Shown in pieces: positions 37,629 to 51,989 of a DNA stretch of 64,000 nt. The stretch's first letter is position 1; every line of letters starts with the position of its first letter. Both the position numbers and the translations under genes were made by a program. This DNA comes from Ophelia neglecta. Its lineage: Eukaryota. Under the pieces are notes generated by a model. That model was not told the DNA's origin and did not search any database. It saw nothing but the letters and a program-made list of their open reading frames with translations. Location: contig OZ260663.1 of NCBI GenBank assembly GCA_965285935.1, positions 18,042,001 through 18,106,000 on the forward strand, written 5' to 3'.

Positions 37629-40600
37629 TCATTTAAAGTTACCATATCGCTCGTTCTTTTTCAAGTAATCCATTGCTAGGGTATGAAGATATTTGTACTG
37701 GCCCTGCAAAATACAAATATCTTATCTAGACAGGCTTTGAATTTTAGGTGGACACGGTTTTAATTAGACTCTCAAAAGGAAAAATGATAGGGAACACCCT
37801 CAGCGTTCTAAACTAATGCGGATAAGGATAATCATGCTAAAAGGATTGATAACTACCATATCTTCGACAAACTGGTGTCTGTGTAGAGCGACAGCCCTGA
37901 CAGCCAGGAAGACGTCCACCTCCCTGTCTGTCTTCATCTTCTCTAGCATATGGTAGGCCGCACACAGCAGCCCACTACGATGGGCTCCGTCTCTAAAGTA
38001 GTAAAATGCCTTAGTTAGAAATAAAACTTATGCATGAAAAACTATTTCAACTTCTTGACAATAGCTAAAATAAGACGAAATAAAGAAAAACTAGCACGAG
38101 TTGGTCTTGTCACCAGCCAAAGAGTTGTTTTTTGACCTTAGGGATGCGTTTAAGTCGGCAGTCAGAATAAATCATGTAGAGTGTGCGAAATAATAATTGT
38201 TTGGCCATCAATGCGATGTCTTTTTATTGTTTTATTGAGACATACAATATTTAAGTACGCCATTCGCTTAAGATCCCCCTCAGAGAAGTGCACACCACAG
38301 GGAAGTTGTATTGTTGTTGTTTGGGGTTTTACGTGATTTTCAACACTTATCGGTCATATCGCCCAATGCCCTCTTTAGAGTGCTGCCTCACTGGAGTACC
38401 TGCTATAGACACCAGACAAGGAACCCCACCTAGTCACATTATACTGACACCGGGTTGACCAGTGCTGAAACTACCCCCGAAATACCGGGCGCCTGGCAGG
38501 GGAGCTATCAGTACCTATTTTTACGTCTTGGGTTTGACGCGATCGGGATTCGATCCCTGATCTACCACTTGCGAGGCGGACAACCTAACCACTCGGCCAC
38601 GCTTTGGTGGGGCAGGTAAGGGAAAGGGAAAGCCTAATCCCAATAAAGCCGGAGAATATTTGTTTCAGGCTAAACCAAATGTAGCTTATACGACAATAAA
38701 ATTCACCGATTACCTGCACAAGACGGTGACCTTTCCATCCTGCTCTTTCTGTTGCCATTTATCAACAACCTCCAGTGTATCGAGCATTTCATCCTTGTCC
38801 GGCAGATCTTGCTCGGATGTCCACTTGTTGAAAAACATCAGACTGACTACCAATGGTTGCTCGTTTGTCTGATACAATTTATAATTATCACTGATTAGTT
38901 TTTATCTTTGAAAAGCTTTTTATGTATAATAATGCTATAAATATCACTCAGTTTTACTTAAATATATACCCTACCTTAGAGGTGTGAGTCACAGAAAATG
39001 TGAGTCTATCTAGGGATCTCTCTGTCCCTTGTGCAGCAATAGACTTGATTTCCAAGACTTCAAATGAAAGGACTCTGTCTTTTTCATCAGGCCAAAACTG
39101 AGGGCAATCCTAAGGGACGGACAAACGTATATGCTACACGTATAATTATATTGGCGGTTGTTAGGAATCTCTAATGCACGATCGTATCACCGTCTGGACG
39201 GTATATCTGGAAACACTGTCTTCTGTTATCAGCCTTGTCAAACTATGCAATAAATAGCTACCTCTGAAGGCGCCTCTAGAACAAACACTGTGTGACACTT
39301 ATGTTGGTATACCATTCTCCAGAAGTCTACAACCGTGTCAGGTAAAGGCAGCTGGCTGACGATGAACGCTTTCTCCTTCAGGTAACTCTGGGAAGGATGT
39401 ACAAACAGGTCAATGCTTCTCTTTAACCATCAGCTCCCCAATGCTCAGCTTACCCAACTGTATTCACTAACATAATGGTGTGAGGCGAACTCATTTGCAT
39501 TAACAGGACTTTGAATTGACTGACTCACTGTACAGTTGTATTTCACGTACTTAATTCACATTGTGGTCTAATTCGCTGATTTAATCAGACACTGTACCAC
39601 TGCCGCGGAACGCTTATTTTATATATCAATATATAAGTTTTACAATAATAGTCGTTTTATACACATACATCAATCAGTATGGCATTAATGTAGTCGTTCC
39701 TGTCCTTAATGCTTCCAGACAGATGTACACGGCGACCATCCTCTATGAAACAACATTAACAAGGTAATAAAGGGAACTATAAACTCTACAAGCTACATAT
39801 CAAAATCATCTTTAGTTTTTTGCCTGCTTTGCACCTCTGAGTTATCGTAAATGTAAATAAAACATTATATCAACTTATGATTAAGTCCTTACCTGGTACA
39901 ATATCCAGGTTCCTGTTCTTATTAGCGTTTTTAGCCCTCAATCCTGATTGGGCACCGGGCGCCTTGCGTCTTTTAAACCTTGTTAGAGTCTGTATATAAT
40001 GTGCATGAAATAAACATGCTATGGTTGGTCTATCGTCGAAAAGTTTATGGTAATACGGTAGCTGTTGCCATGTTATGTACATTTTCGTCTAAACCCGGCG
40101 TAAATTTTACTATTTAGTGAACACGTAGCAAATCAACCAACTTTCATAGTTATTACTATCTTAATTATATAGATACACCATACAACTATAAAATCATTAA
40201 CATATTTTAGATGAAGCTGTGTTATAATTTATTTTGCAATAACAGGTAAGTGTTGCAGACCTGATATTGTTCTTCAATTGGTGTTTCGTTGCAGTATTCA
40301 TTGCCACTAAGGAGGACCCCATACCTCTCTGAGAACAAAGTACACGGGATGGCTGTGTCACCCTGCTGGTGCGCCTCTAGCAGAACTTCGTGTAAAAATA
40401 CATACTGTGGCTGAAATAAAATGCATCCGTAAGTGGAATATTACAATGGCCAATGTTTGTAATTATATATGTTTGACGTAATTCTTTCCGACTTTGAATA
40501 TATCATCTACCAGCGTTTGGATCATTCTCATCCTCTCCTTCCTCATACGGGTCAGTTGCTTTACTACGTCGAGCTTGCCCTCCTGTTTAATTTGATCCAG

Positions 40601-43600
40601 TAATGAGTCCAAAGCCACAAAAGTACCAGACCGTCCAACCCCAGCACTGGAAGACATTTATATATATATTTAAAGGCCACCAGTCTCCTTTGCACTAATA
40701 TTTGTGCACCTCGGAATTCAGGGCATTAAATAGACGACCTACCTGCAATGGACGACCATTGGCCCAGTGCTCTCGCGATCAAACGATCTTACTTTTCTCC
40801 TGAATGACAGCAAGGGAAACGCCTCGTCTGGACAGTCTTTATCGGGCCAGGAGAGAAACTGTAAATGCTTAACTTCTCTTGTTTCTTGCTATGGATTTGC
40901 AAAAAGAACATTGACAAATATAAACGTGCAAAACATATTTCCGCGAAAATTAATTTCATATCTTTACCCAGTTTGATGAAGACATTTTACACTAATAACC
41001 TTCATTCATAATTGAATATCATAAAGTAATAAAACCTGTTTCTTCAGCTTGATGATCGTGAGATTGAAGTTTGCGTATTTATCCCTTATTTCAGTCGATA
41101 CAGTAATGTTACCGTAGGTCTGTTCTTCACCAACATCCGTTGGCCAATATTGCTCACACTTTTTCTAAAAAAATGTTTGAAATTTACAATAATTTGCATT
41201 TGGTTTTCGCAAAAAGTATTACCTTCTTTCATGTTAAAAACCTACGTTTTAAACGACTCATGCATGATAACTAAAACCAACTTTATAATTCAGTCTGGTC
41301 TGAAGAATAACTCACCCGCCCTAATTCAAATGTTTGTGTAAGCATTACTATTCTGTTTGAATTAAGTTCCCAAATCATTTTCCAGAAATGAAGAGTTGTG
41401 TTTGGTCTTGGGCCTTTGTGTGAAGCAAAACATATTATATAAAAAATGTAAATAAAGTGTGACTGTAATACAGTATAACGTAAACGACTGCCACTTTTAG
41501 TATAACAAAATATAATCATGTCGTTAGATAGTGTACCTTGAGTTGCCACATAGTGTTTTTCTGTGTTCGGAAATCCCTAGAATAATCAGATATACCATTC
41601 TTCTTTAAGACACAAGTCATGTATTAGTAATATTAGCTAGCCATGTTTTTATGATGAATATTACATCGCTACAATTTAACTGAACTAAAATATCCGAATA
41701 TAGTGTTTATTTGATTTTTTATATTAAGGGGTCGTATTGTGACGTAGTAACGGCTCCTTACAGTAATGTAACTGGCGTTTATATAATCTGCGGAATCAAC
41801 GTCTTCTAATACCACCCTGTTGTTGTCATCTGAAAGATTTTCGACACAATTGTTAATGAAAAACGGTCTTCGTTATTTGCACTAAATTGATGAACAGCAT
41901 TGAGGGTAGAAAACTACATCAATTGCAAAGAGCCTCCCCCCTCCTCGCTAAAGCTAGGGTTTAAGTTCGGTTTATTTGATATTTGGAGAGCGAGCTGTTA
42001 AGGAATTAGGTGAAATGGAATGTGTAACAAATTTGATTTGATACTTACAAGGTTTGATATTTTTAAACCTATTCTTATCAACGTTGTCCTTCAACCCACC
42101 AATTTTATAATTTGTACCGATTACCTCTGGAATTTCCTAGATTGAAAGGAGGCGAGATCATTTATTATTTAAGTGTGCTATTTTAATATCAAGTTGTTAA
42201 CCAATACCAATGAAGCATGCATGAATTCTCGGATTGGAGTTGGCTACCGGAATCCATATCAATGCACCACTCCTACCTCAAATTCCTTTTTAAATCCATT
42301 CCTTGTAAACTTCTTTGCACCAATGTATTGCTCAAGGTCCTCAACCCTTACGTAAGTGCCGGCCAAAACAAAGTCAGCGGCCGGAAAAGTGACGTACGCA
42401 GTCTGATCGAGTTCGGGTTTTTCGGATGCCTTTTCGGAAACCAGTCCTGTCACCGGTTTCTTTGGTATAGTGGGTTTTGTTGTGGGTGATATTTTCGAAA
42501 CGATACCTGTCGTCGGTTTCTGTGGTACGGATGGCTTTTTCGTGGCTGTTATTCCGTGAATGGTTGTTAACATTAAAACGGTGAATAAAAAATAACATTC
42601 AAACGGTGAATATTTAAACAAATGATGTTTAAAAGTGTGGAAAAAACCCGAAAATCTGTGTATATTTGCACATAGCTGACATTTTTATCATTTATGAATA
42701 TGAATACATTGGACCTTTATGTTTACCTCTGTTGGGTGCATCCGATTTCGGATTTGCTGGCTGCTCTGCGTCACGTTGTTGGTTATTGACATCATTTTGA
42801 GTTGAGTTATTACTCGTATATGAATCTGCAATTAAAGCATCATGTGTCCTGAAAGAAGGTATTTTTGCATATAATGAGAAATGACAATGCTATCACAGGG
42901 GACATCAAAACACATTAATACTTCTATTGTGACGAAATGTGTACCCCCGGATATTAATTTCAAACGTATCAGTTGTTCTAACCAAGTAAGTCAGTCTTAT
43001 CTAAGTATGAAATGATTATGACAAACCGTCTCCATCCTTAGCAATAGGATCGGACCTTCCTCTCCTGCAATCATTCGGTGAAATTGAGCGTGAGTACATT
43101 AGATTCAATTGCCAGAAAAAAATACTCGATCATCAGCAGTGTCCACATTCTATGATGAATTAAATTTTGCTTCTTTGGTCACAATTATTTAGTTCTAAGT
43201 AACATGCTCAATAGAAGAGCAAACCGATATGTTAACCTCATTTGCGATAAAAACGGGTTACAGAGGATAAATTTGTCCAATACTGATATCTAAGTATTAG
43301 GAGCACCAATTTCTAAGATATCGCTTTACCTGCATCTGGGAATGAAGACTGCAAGTATGACCACTAGAGCTATGAGGAATATGCCTCCAGACACACAGCC
43401 AGCTATCAGAGGAACATTTTTTGCTGGTTTGTCCGTAGTACTCACTGGAGAAGTTATCATTCTATGAATAATGGTGGAGTGGCACAATATCAATTAGAGA
43501 CACACACTTAATATTAATTATTCTAGACCCATTGACCAGTGTATCAAAGGAGAAGAATCAATTGACTTTCAATTTCACATTACTACACTGAAAAGTATGA

Positions 43601-46600
43601 GATATAGGGGCCTGTGAAGATATACCAATATCAATACTACTTGTAAATGAAAGGACCAATCTATGTAGTGGCTTGATTAGATTGAAATAGAATGTCCCTC
43701 ACGGTATTGCCTGTAAACAAAATACCATGCCTGTATACAGAATTCCAGGTGGGCTTCATTATCAAGTTCCACTATATAAATATTTCGTAGAGGAGGGTGA
43801 GTCTGGTTAATATGCACTCACAATAAAACATGCGAAAATTCCTCATCACGAAATGTAAATGAGCACATTGTATACTTCCAAATTTACCTATTCAAGAGGT
43901 GCCCTTTCTTTAGAGGCGACATTTTTAGTTGCATTGTTGGTCACAAGTATCAGTTTTATTGTACTGCAATTGTTGGAATTTGATGTAACGATCATACGTA
44001 GCAGCTAATGCCGATCAGAAATACATTGACCTCCGCCTTGAGAAGGGTGCTTATTCCTGTAGCTAGTGTGGTAAAAATATAACCACACCATCGGAAACGA
44101 TACTTACTGTCAAGACATATGTAGCTAATATTGCTAATTTAATTGTTCAACAATTATGTCAGGTATAATAAGCAAAATACTTATGTGTATATTAGTTTTG
44201 CAAACTGCAATTAAACTGCATAGAGTGTCGATGACAAGGCTATTACGAATGACTGATCAGTTTTCCTACCACTGAATAGGTTTATTATTTACTAGATACA
44301 ATGGGCTAAATTTGTGAATACACTGCTCAACAATCAAGCTACTGAACCAAGCACTCAATGTGATAGAAAGACACTGTCCTTTACCCAGTGTCCCAAATAA
44401 TTTCTTCCTACTATCTCCCCTTCTATAGAAAAGTCAAATGAAAATTATATTTTGTAACTAACCTGGTATTGCTGTTGTAGTAGCATTTACAACACCTGTT
44501 TTCGTTCTGCTCTCCTCGATACTACCATTAAGATGACGTCTTAATATGACCATTTGAAAATAGTATGTCATGCTTGGTCTGAGTCCTTCAACCAGGACCT
44601 GTCTCTGCCAGAGGAATGTATCGGTCCTAGTTCTCGTGTGTATTAGTAGCGTATCATTATACTCTGATACGTATATTCCTGCTCCATAGCGATGTGTCAA
44701 ATTGGGCAGAATGTTGTCATATTCGTTCCACTTCAGGGTAATGCTGTTGGTTGTCATATTCGTGACTGTTGGTATATGTTCTTGGTCGGATATGACGTCG
44801 ACATACGCTTCGATAAAAACACAAGCCACGTAAAATTCAAGAAAACAAGGTTAACCAAGCGAGTAAATAAAGTTTTATTTTATCATCTTCAGTTCAGTTC
44901 ATCATGAGCGGAATAATACATCTTTTTTGTAGATTATCATTTAATGCCATATAACATCATAGTTTCGGAGTTTGGGCCTCGTTGTCTTACGTATTTCTCC
45001 GTCACATTGCTCCCCGTAGTACCAGGTCTGGTATTGAGGTTCGTTACATCCCGACTTACAGCTCCCGTTGTTATTATGACATACATCTGGGTGGTTGTTT
45101 TGTAAACAGTTCTCACTACAAGAATAGCGACAGTTGTCTCCGTAACGACCAGGTTGACATGCTGATAAAATAATTCAAAACAAAAAAGACATTAAATAAA
45201 AATGTTCCATCGGTGATCATCTGGTTGGGCTAATTGTAGATGTACGATTTTGAGAAGTAAGATAGTTACGTTCGGTACATGCTGGATACAATATTCCAGG
45301 ATTACATCTGCTACAACCAGTAAGGTCGTTACAAGGGTTATGTTGGGGACAGGCAGCGCAGTCTGGAGAGGAACAGAGATGAGCAGTGCTAACAGACGTA
45401 AGAAACAATATCAGTTTTGACGAGAGTGGTTTATAACAAAACCCCGATGCTGCCTTTTATTCTATGTATTCACATGTAGTTTACAATAGTCAGACAGCAT
45501 ATATAATCAAGTGTCACCTCTTCTCTATTCCAATTGCTGTGGATATAACCGTTCTAAAGGTTGATATTTCATATATTGTTTCAATTTTTTTGATCTTTTG
45601 CTCGCCTATACATCTATTTCATATCAAAAGACGAGTAACCCTTTTGTTGCTGAGTGACTAGTCTTAAAATGTAGATAAATACTAGCACCAACGTGGAATT
45701 CATAATAATCTAGCTGTCATTCAATCCGCCAATGTTGCAAGCTGCAAAGAAAATCCAAATGTACCTATTGGTTTATATCCTTGCACGACTGCTTCACAAA
45801 TACTCATATATTCTTTTTCAAATCCGTCGTCATCCCTGAGGATAGAGACGTATCTCCCAGTGACAGGTCTGTCACACACTATGATATCATGACCACCTGC
45901 GGGTACCGGGCCTTCATACTGTTTACATAGCGCAGATTGATACACGTCACTTAAATTTCCTACACCCAAGCGGAATGCACCTAAACGTTCTGGTAAAAAT
46001 ATAGATAGCTTATTATCTGCTATAGGAATTGCAAAAGAATATATTGCATCGTCACTTAATATTCAAACATAGCCATGGGGTCATTAAACTTATTAAAGAT
46101 ATTCATATGGTATGGACATTGTATCTGCTGCAAATATAGTAAAATATATATATTATTCGTTCTATACAACAGTGAATCAAGTTAAGCTATAACAAGGCAC
46201 CTGTGCCAAAAACATATCTGACAATTGAAATGATCATGTTATAACATTCATGTTATTTAATTGTCTTATTTAATCATGCTCTGCTCGACACAATTTTAAT
46301 TTTAAAGACTTACTATATGCCGTATCGGTGTCGAAATATTTATTCCTGTTATAAAGAGTGACACGGACTACTGTGTATTGCTGTCCGAGATCCACGTACC
46401 ACCAGGCTTGCTGAGGCCTAACAAGTAGCTGTGGGTGTGCACAGTGTAGATTATTAGTGCTGATTTCACCATCAACGGCCAGGTTGGCACCTAGCTCACC
46501 ATATGTGTCGCTTTGAAATGCTTGTTTATTGAGAGCGAGGTTTCCTGAAAACAGACTCAGATTGTAATACCAGCTTGGTAATCTTGGTGAATAAATAATA

Positions 46601-49600
46601 TATTTATGATAATGATACTTGTTTCTATAATGGAGATAGAATTATCTTTGCTATATCTAATACCAAAGCGGGAATATCCCACGTCTAAACGAGGATATTG
46701 GGTTTAAATTTGAACGCACCATTAACAGTTATCACTTAACGCGACATGACATTAAATTGTGTCGAGATATCTATTGAAAGAAGGAATGATCCCTTTCACT
46801 TGAAATGTCCATTGGCCTGGTGGCAAAATCAAAAACCTGTAAAGCATTTTTTTTGCGGGTATTTTTTTTTAGAAACTAGCACCCACGGCAGGAAGTCTCT
46901 TTAGGTATATATGGTGCCAAGCTGAAAAATTATTTGACTGGTCAAAATAGCAATTGGCTCCATTATATCAATAAACATTTATATTAGCCATATCTTCTCT
47001 ACTGTAATGGATTATCTTTTTGCAATTCAAAATACCTTTTTGTGCATTTCAGCAAGACTAAACCATAAGTTTCTTTGTATTAAATCAAAATAGTCTAATC
47101 ATTTGTGATTTAAATATGAAAGTCACATATGTGCATGCTTTCTAACACGTCTGAAGCGATTTATACTGCGACATTAAATGTTCCACACATGTAGTAATGA
47201 TATGCACACAATCACTCTGAATAACTGAATAATAAACAGTGTTCGAATAGACGAGTTTTAATCTTAAGCAATTCTTTGTTTCGTAATTTGCTTAGTTCTG
47301 GGATCCTTTAATCCTAGCTTTATTAAGTTACTCTTGTAGCATCCACTTTCAGATTACACATCTATGTCATTTGTACAATACGATATTGGTGGACATAGTA
47401 GGACTATGGTGTTTTGTTTTTGTCTCATATTCTAGTCTGATTATATATAAATATATATACTTTTTAGGACCGCCAACTAGGATGCTTAAGAACCTGGAGA
47501 AGGCACTAATTGACAAACTACCAGCATGATATTTACCAATAAGTACAATAATCGATGTTTGTCTTGTAACCGTAGCCGCCCAAGAAATGCTGCGATATAT
47601 TTGCCCCATTTACACAGCATTTGATCTGTTGTTTATTTAGTTTGTACAATATAAATTGCATACAAATATTAAGGGAACAATATTCAAGATATTAGATGCT
47701 CGTTACCATGGCAAATGGGCATGAATATCTTGCTTAATGGTGAAAAACATCAAGCATGATACATTTGTAATTTTGGTTTATGCTTATCTTATAATTCTGA
47801 GAGGACTAGTATTAATTTAAAATGTGCTTGTTCAGATACCAAGAGAGTACGAGGTGTTGCAGATTGAGGAAAATGTGTATGAGTAGAGTCATTTGTGGAA
47901 TGTTTGTTTTCTAGCTAATGATTTAGGTAAACGGCAGTGTTGTAAATTATTGAAAAGCAATAATTTGTACAACCACACGCATTAGCAAAAAGGAAAAGGA
48001 AATTTTGTATTCGTTATCTTAAGCAAACTAAACTAATTTAGCGCAATAAACCATAATAACTGTCCCGTTACCATGGTAACGAATAGCAAAAATATTTCTC
48101 ATTGCCATAACGATCACTTACCCATCAAAAATAGTGCATCAGATGGAGCGATATTTTTGTTATTAAAACAACTATTTTAGCCAATTTCAATGTTTCCAGA
48201 CACTGGAGATTCTTTTCGGAGGTGTCATTGTATCAATTGAAAGCTCGTTACCAGAGCAACGGGGTATATTGAGGTGCTCATTGTCTCAATCTAACCAATA
48301 CCATTTTGTTTTAACCCATGTCAAGTTTGATGCTTGTATCACACTTTAAATAATTACCCCCGTAGGCCATTTGTGGGAATAATCTGGTCCAATAGCCCTA
48401 CTCGACTAAAATTATGAAAAATCAAACACTGGCAACATTCGTTTTGCCTCTGATGCCAAAAGCCAGGTTATTATCACGTAATTGAGGTATTGTACTTACG
48501 TATATTTTGCCTTGCAACTAATCTACATTATTAATACGCAAGTTACCATTTGCAACCCCGATGTATACCACAAGATTCATTTGATAGACGAAACTGAAAA
48601 AGTTCTCTAAGTTGTGATTGCATCTCTTTCATATAGATATGTTTAGTATTCAAATGAAACCTTAAGTGTTGCCATCTAACGAAGGGGTACAGTTAATCAT
48701 TTAAGACACATGAATGTGCGTTTTTGCTATAAAATAAAGCACAATGCGAAACGTATTAAATGAACGCAATTTTTATCCATTGGCATTATTTGGATATGAT
48801 TATGCACACATGTCCGGTCATTTAAATTTATTCCGAGAATATAAATGGTCCAATTAAAGTAAGGGTACTATTATTGTGTTTCCCGTGTTTTAAAGGTTAT
48901 GAACACATGTAAAGATGTTTAAAAAAATGAAGGAGTGTAGCTCTGGGCCCAAATCTCCTATTGTATAAACAATGGGGCCATTTTGACTTAATGAAACATT
49001 ACAATGTGAAGTCATCGGCGTCATGTTACTCTCCGCACCTTATTTACCCTCTGTAGAAGTTTAATTAACTGAACAAAACGAATATGGGCAATGCAATATG
49101 GTAACAACACAATGCTATCTGGCATAATGGCGGCGCAATTTCATCATTACATAATACATTTGTCAGCATTTTAGTAACACAATGAAGCTGGACTTGTAAT
49201 ATTATTTGTATAGCCATATATCCTGCAATCGGTGCCATTCAAAGGGTTAAAGCGCCGAAGAAATCTATGGAAACATTACGTTATTTCCCTGGGGGTTCAC
49301 TCAAGGTCGAATACAGTGATCTAATTCAAATAACCATCTATGCACACACATGCACTCGTTTTATATATCTTTAACAACTGGTGGTCTCAGCGGGGTTAGA
49401 ACTCACTACCCTTGGTTCTCCAGCCAACAGCTTTACCAAGTTTGCCAAAGGGGTAACCCCTCTAGCCATGCTAGTAGGAGTGTGGTGTATCATGGTTGAG
49501 TGACCATGATCTGCCCATATATCTCAGTTACCACCGCATATTCGGTCAAATATTTCAAAACGTCGGGTTGCAAAAGTCAATCAGCTTAATTAAACATTTA

Positions 49601-50484
49601 AAATTAGACATAAAACCAAAACCCCACAAATTGTTTATTATTCAGTGTATTTTATATACAGCAAACAGATAAATTATCTGCAATCAATGGCGATTTTTTC
49701 TTAATAAACATATTGCAATACCAGTGATGGAATTGAGAGATTTGTTCACACAGCGCTTAAATATGGGGAGCGATATGGTGCCAGTATTCGATTTTTAGTA
49801 GGCGGTGTAGTAAACAGCCTATTTTCTCTGCGAAACAATTATGTTGTATGTGACAAATTTTATATTTGAACGTTTGTCAAAAGTAAATTCAATGTTATTT
49901 CGGAGTTCATATTGAATGTTTTCCAGGAATATTGGGGGAAATGACTTCATTGGCCTTAAAAATTCAAACATATTAAGTCATCCTCCTCACCTATTTTACA
50001 CCCTGGTCCTGATCTCCGTATGCCGGCCTCAGTTGGGTTGTCAAATGGACACTCTTCCCCTTGTAGACAATTACCGGACGTCTGGTTACAGCCATTGGTA
50101 CACGGACATGGAAATACGCATCCTGGATCATTTCCGAACCGGCATAATTCTGTCAGAAATCATGATACAAGGATTGGGTTAACCGCTAAAAGTCTACCTT
50201 AAGGTTTAGTCTGATCCAATGTGTAGACTGCAATGGGGTCTCGAAAAAGGCTGTTATATTACAATGCTGAAATTCCTCATTACGTCAAGAACGTTAAATC
50301 CGTATATAAGAAGTTCTCTGATTAAACTACATGCATATTAATTACATATAGTTCAGCAAACGTCTTACTCAGATATATAAATATAGAAGACACATTCTTT
50401 GAGATAATACCTACCGTTTTGTGCACCAGCGAAACACAAGACATGTATTCCTACAAATATCACAGATAATTTGAATGCCAACAT
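37629..50484 (-). CDS. Receptor-type protein tyrosine phosphatase, gene B: signal peptide - EGF-like - F-type lectin - EGF-like x2 - FN3 - TM - Pro-rich juxtamembrane - PTP D1 - PTP D2
   Basis: Exons: 50415-50484 (MLAFKLSVIFVGIHVLCFAGAQN), 49991-50149, 46314-46544, 45765-45989, 45270-45362, 44991-45161, 44463-44807 (FN3: SITLKW...LVEGLRPSMTYYFQM), 43330-43444 (TM), two short exons, 42277-42545. The PTP exons have the same boundaries as gene A (KNRF, DYINAS, SWPD, VHC|SAGVGRSG, MIQT; D2 VLCRDGAHRSG). The last exon is GQYKYLHTLAMDYLKKNERYGNFK*, stop at 37629-37631. Confidence 0.91.
38309..38602 (-). mobile_element. tRNA-derived SINE (apparently full length) in an intron of gene B
   Basis: The minus-strand head has an A box (TGGCCGAGTGG) and a B-box-like GATCGAATCCC. 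The central CCGGTGTCAGTATAATGTGAC resembles the Meta-SINE core (from memory). It ends in a (CAA)n tail. Confidence 0.8.
47441..48530. mobile_element. ~1.1-kb segment present in gene B intron but absent from the homologous gene C intron; probable transposon
   Basis: B/C intron homology breaks after TCTAGTCTGA (47440 vs 63493) and resumes near 48540 vs 63505. The segment carries repeated GTTACCATGG(C/T)AA palindromic motifs (~47702, 48067, 48246). Confidence 0.55.
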
Positions 50485-51989
50485 GTCGACCAGTCATAAC
50501 AGTCTTCTGAGTCGTTTAAATCACTGAATGTAATGTGTACCTAGAAAAATAGGAAATCAGTTTACTAGTTCGATTAATTAGACTCTTACCACTTCATTTA
50601 CGGCATTTGTTAATTTATATTACAAATTGGAAACACTCTTTTCTTCAGTGTTCTCATGTTAACATTAAAGACAAGGCTTGCAGGCATTTCGCTGAGTATC
50701 TGTGACCGGCAATGTAAGCATATATTGTGTTAGGTGAAGGGGAACGCATACCTGATTTACATAACTGACATAAAAGTTATTGTGTGTTTGACTTAGTATC
50801 GATTGAATCTAACAACCTTTGCAGTACCAAGATACACGATAAAGCGCAACTTGCCTTGGACAGTAAAGGCGCGAACTTCAAATAAGGCCATACATACATA
50901 GTGTCGACCCATTGTTACACCAGACTACTGTCTTACATATACTGTCTTATACTTGTCCAGTCGATCATGAAAAAACAGTATATCACTAGGAAATGTGCCT
51001 GCTATATGTATTTTTTGTGATGTTTGGCTTATCATTTGACATAGAAAGAAAACCGCACCCCAAATACCCTTGTATGTTAAACAAATCAGTTATGTGGAAC
51101 TCCAAACAAGGAATTTGCTGTGGTTCGTGTTAAAACTAGTTCCTTGGAACCTGTCAGGGGCTTGTCAGTCTCAGTTACTGCCTCTTAGGTCAAACAGAAG
51201 GGAATGCAATTCATGTGGTCTTCATTCTCTATCGTTCCTAATACTATTGCATAAAAAATATTCTCAAAATTTGTGTACCGGGTGAGCTCAGATCTTTAAA
51301 AAGCGCAATTGCAATAATAAGCTTAATCTGGCCGTCAATTAATAAACTGTCATTAGCGGGTTATATACTATTTGGGAGCTGGGGATTGATGTTTGTGGTG
51401 TTGCAGCTGGTAGTTGCCGGTGATTTCACCACTATTTTATTGACTATTCTTGATTAATGATTATACATTGTCTCTGGGCATCGATCCCGTGTTTATGTAC
51501 AGAAGTACCCCTGTTTGCAATATACTACTATTTAACCTTTATATGATTGTATGGGACGCTAAATATTAGATGTGGCAAGCATGCTATCGCATGATCCTTA
51601 TTCACAGTGTTATGAATTTGCCAGCAATTTACGTTTTTAAAAGTTGGTAGGCCTTATCTTGTTGCAGTAAGGGTTTCTAACGATTAGAAATACCGTTTAG
51701 TAGCTCATTCAACTCATCATGGCATACGAATATTACTTTAAGAATTAAATGTCTTGGCTGATATCTACGCTTTTTTTCGATGGCAATTTAAAAAAAAAAA
51801 AAAATAGGTCTGTTAGCATTTCAAAGCTACCACACGCCTAAGGTAACTTAAGCTCGTCCAGTGGCAGCTCTTCATAGAATGTGAAAACATTTTAAAATTA
51901 AAGGTGTATCCCATCGGATACGATATCTTTGCCCTTTGATCGTTTCTCAATCGAAATAAAAAGTTCTGCAAAATATAGATCAGCAAAAA

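Noticed and set aside
49375-49455. tRNA-like sequence on the minus strand (and the tRNA-like head at ~38530-38602)
   Set aside because: No complete cloverleaf; best explained as SINE heads, not tRNA genes.
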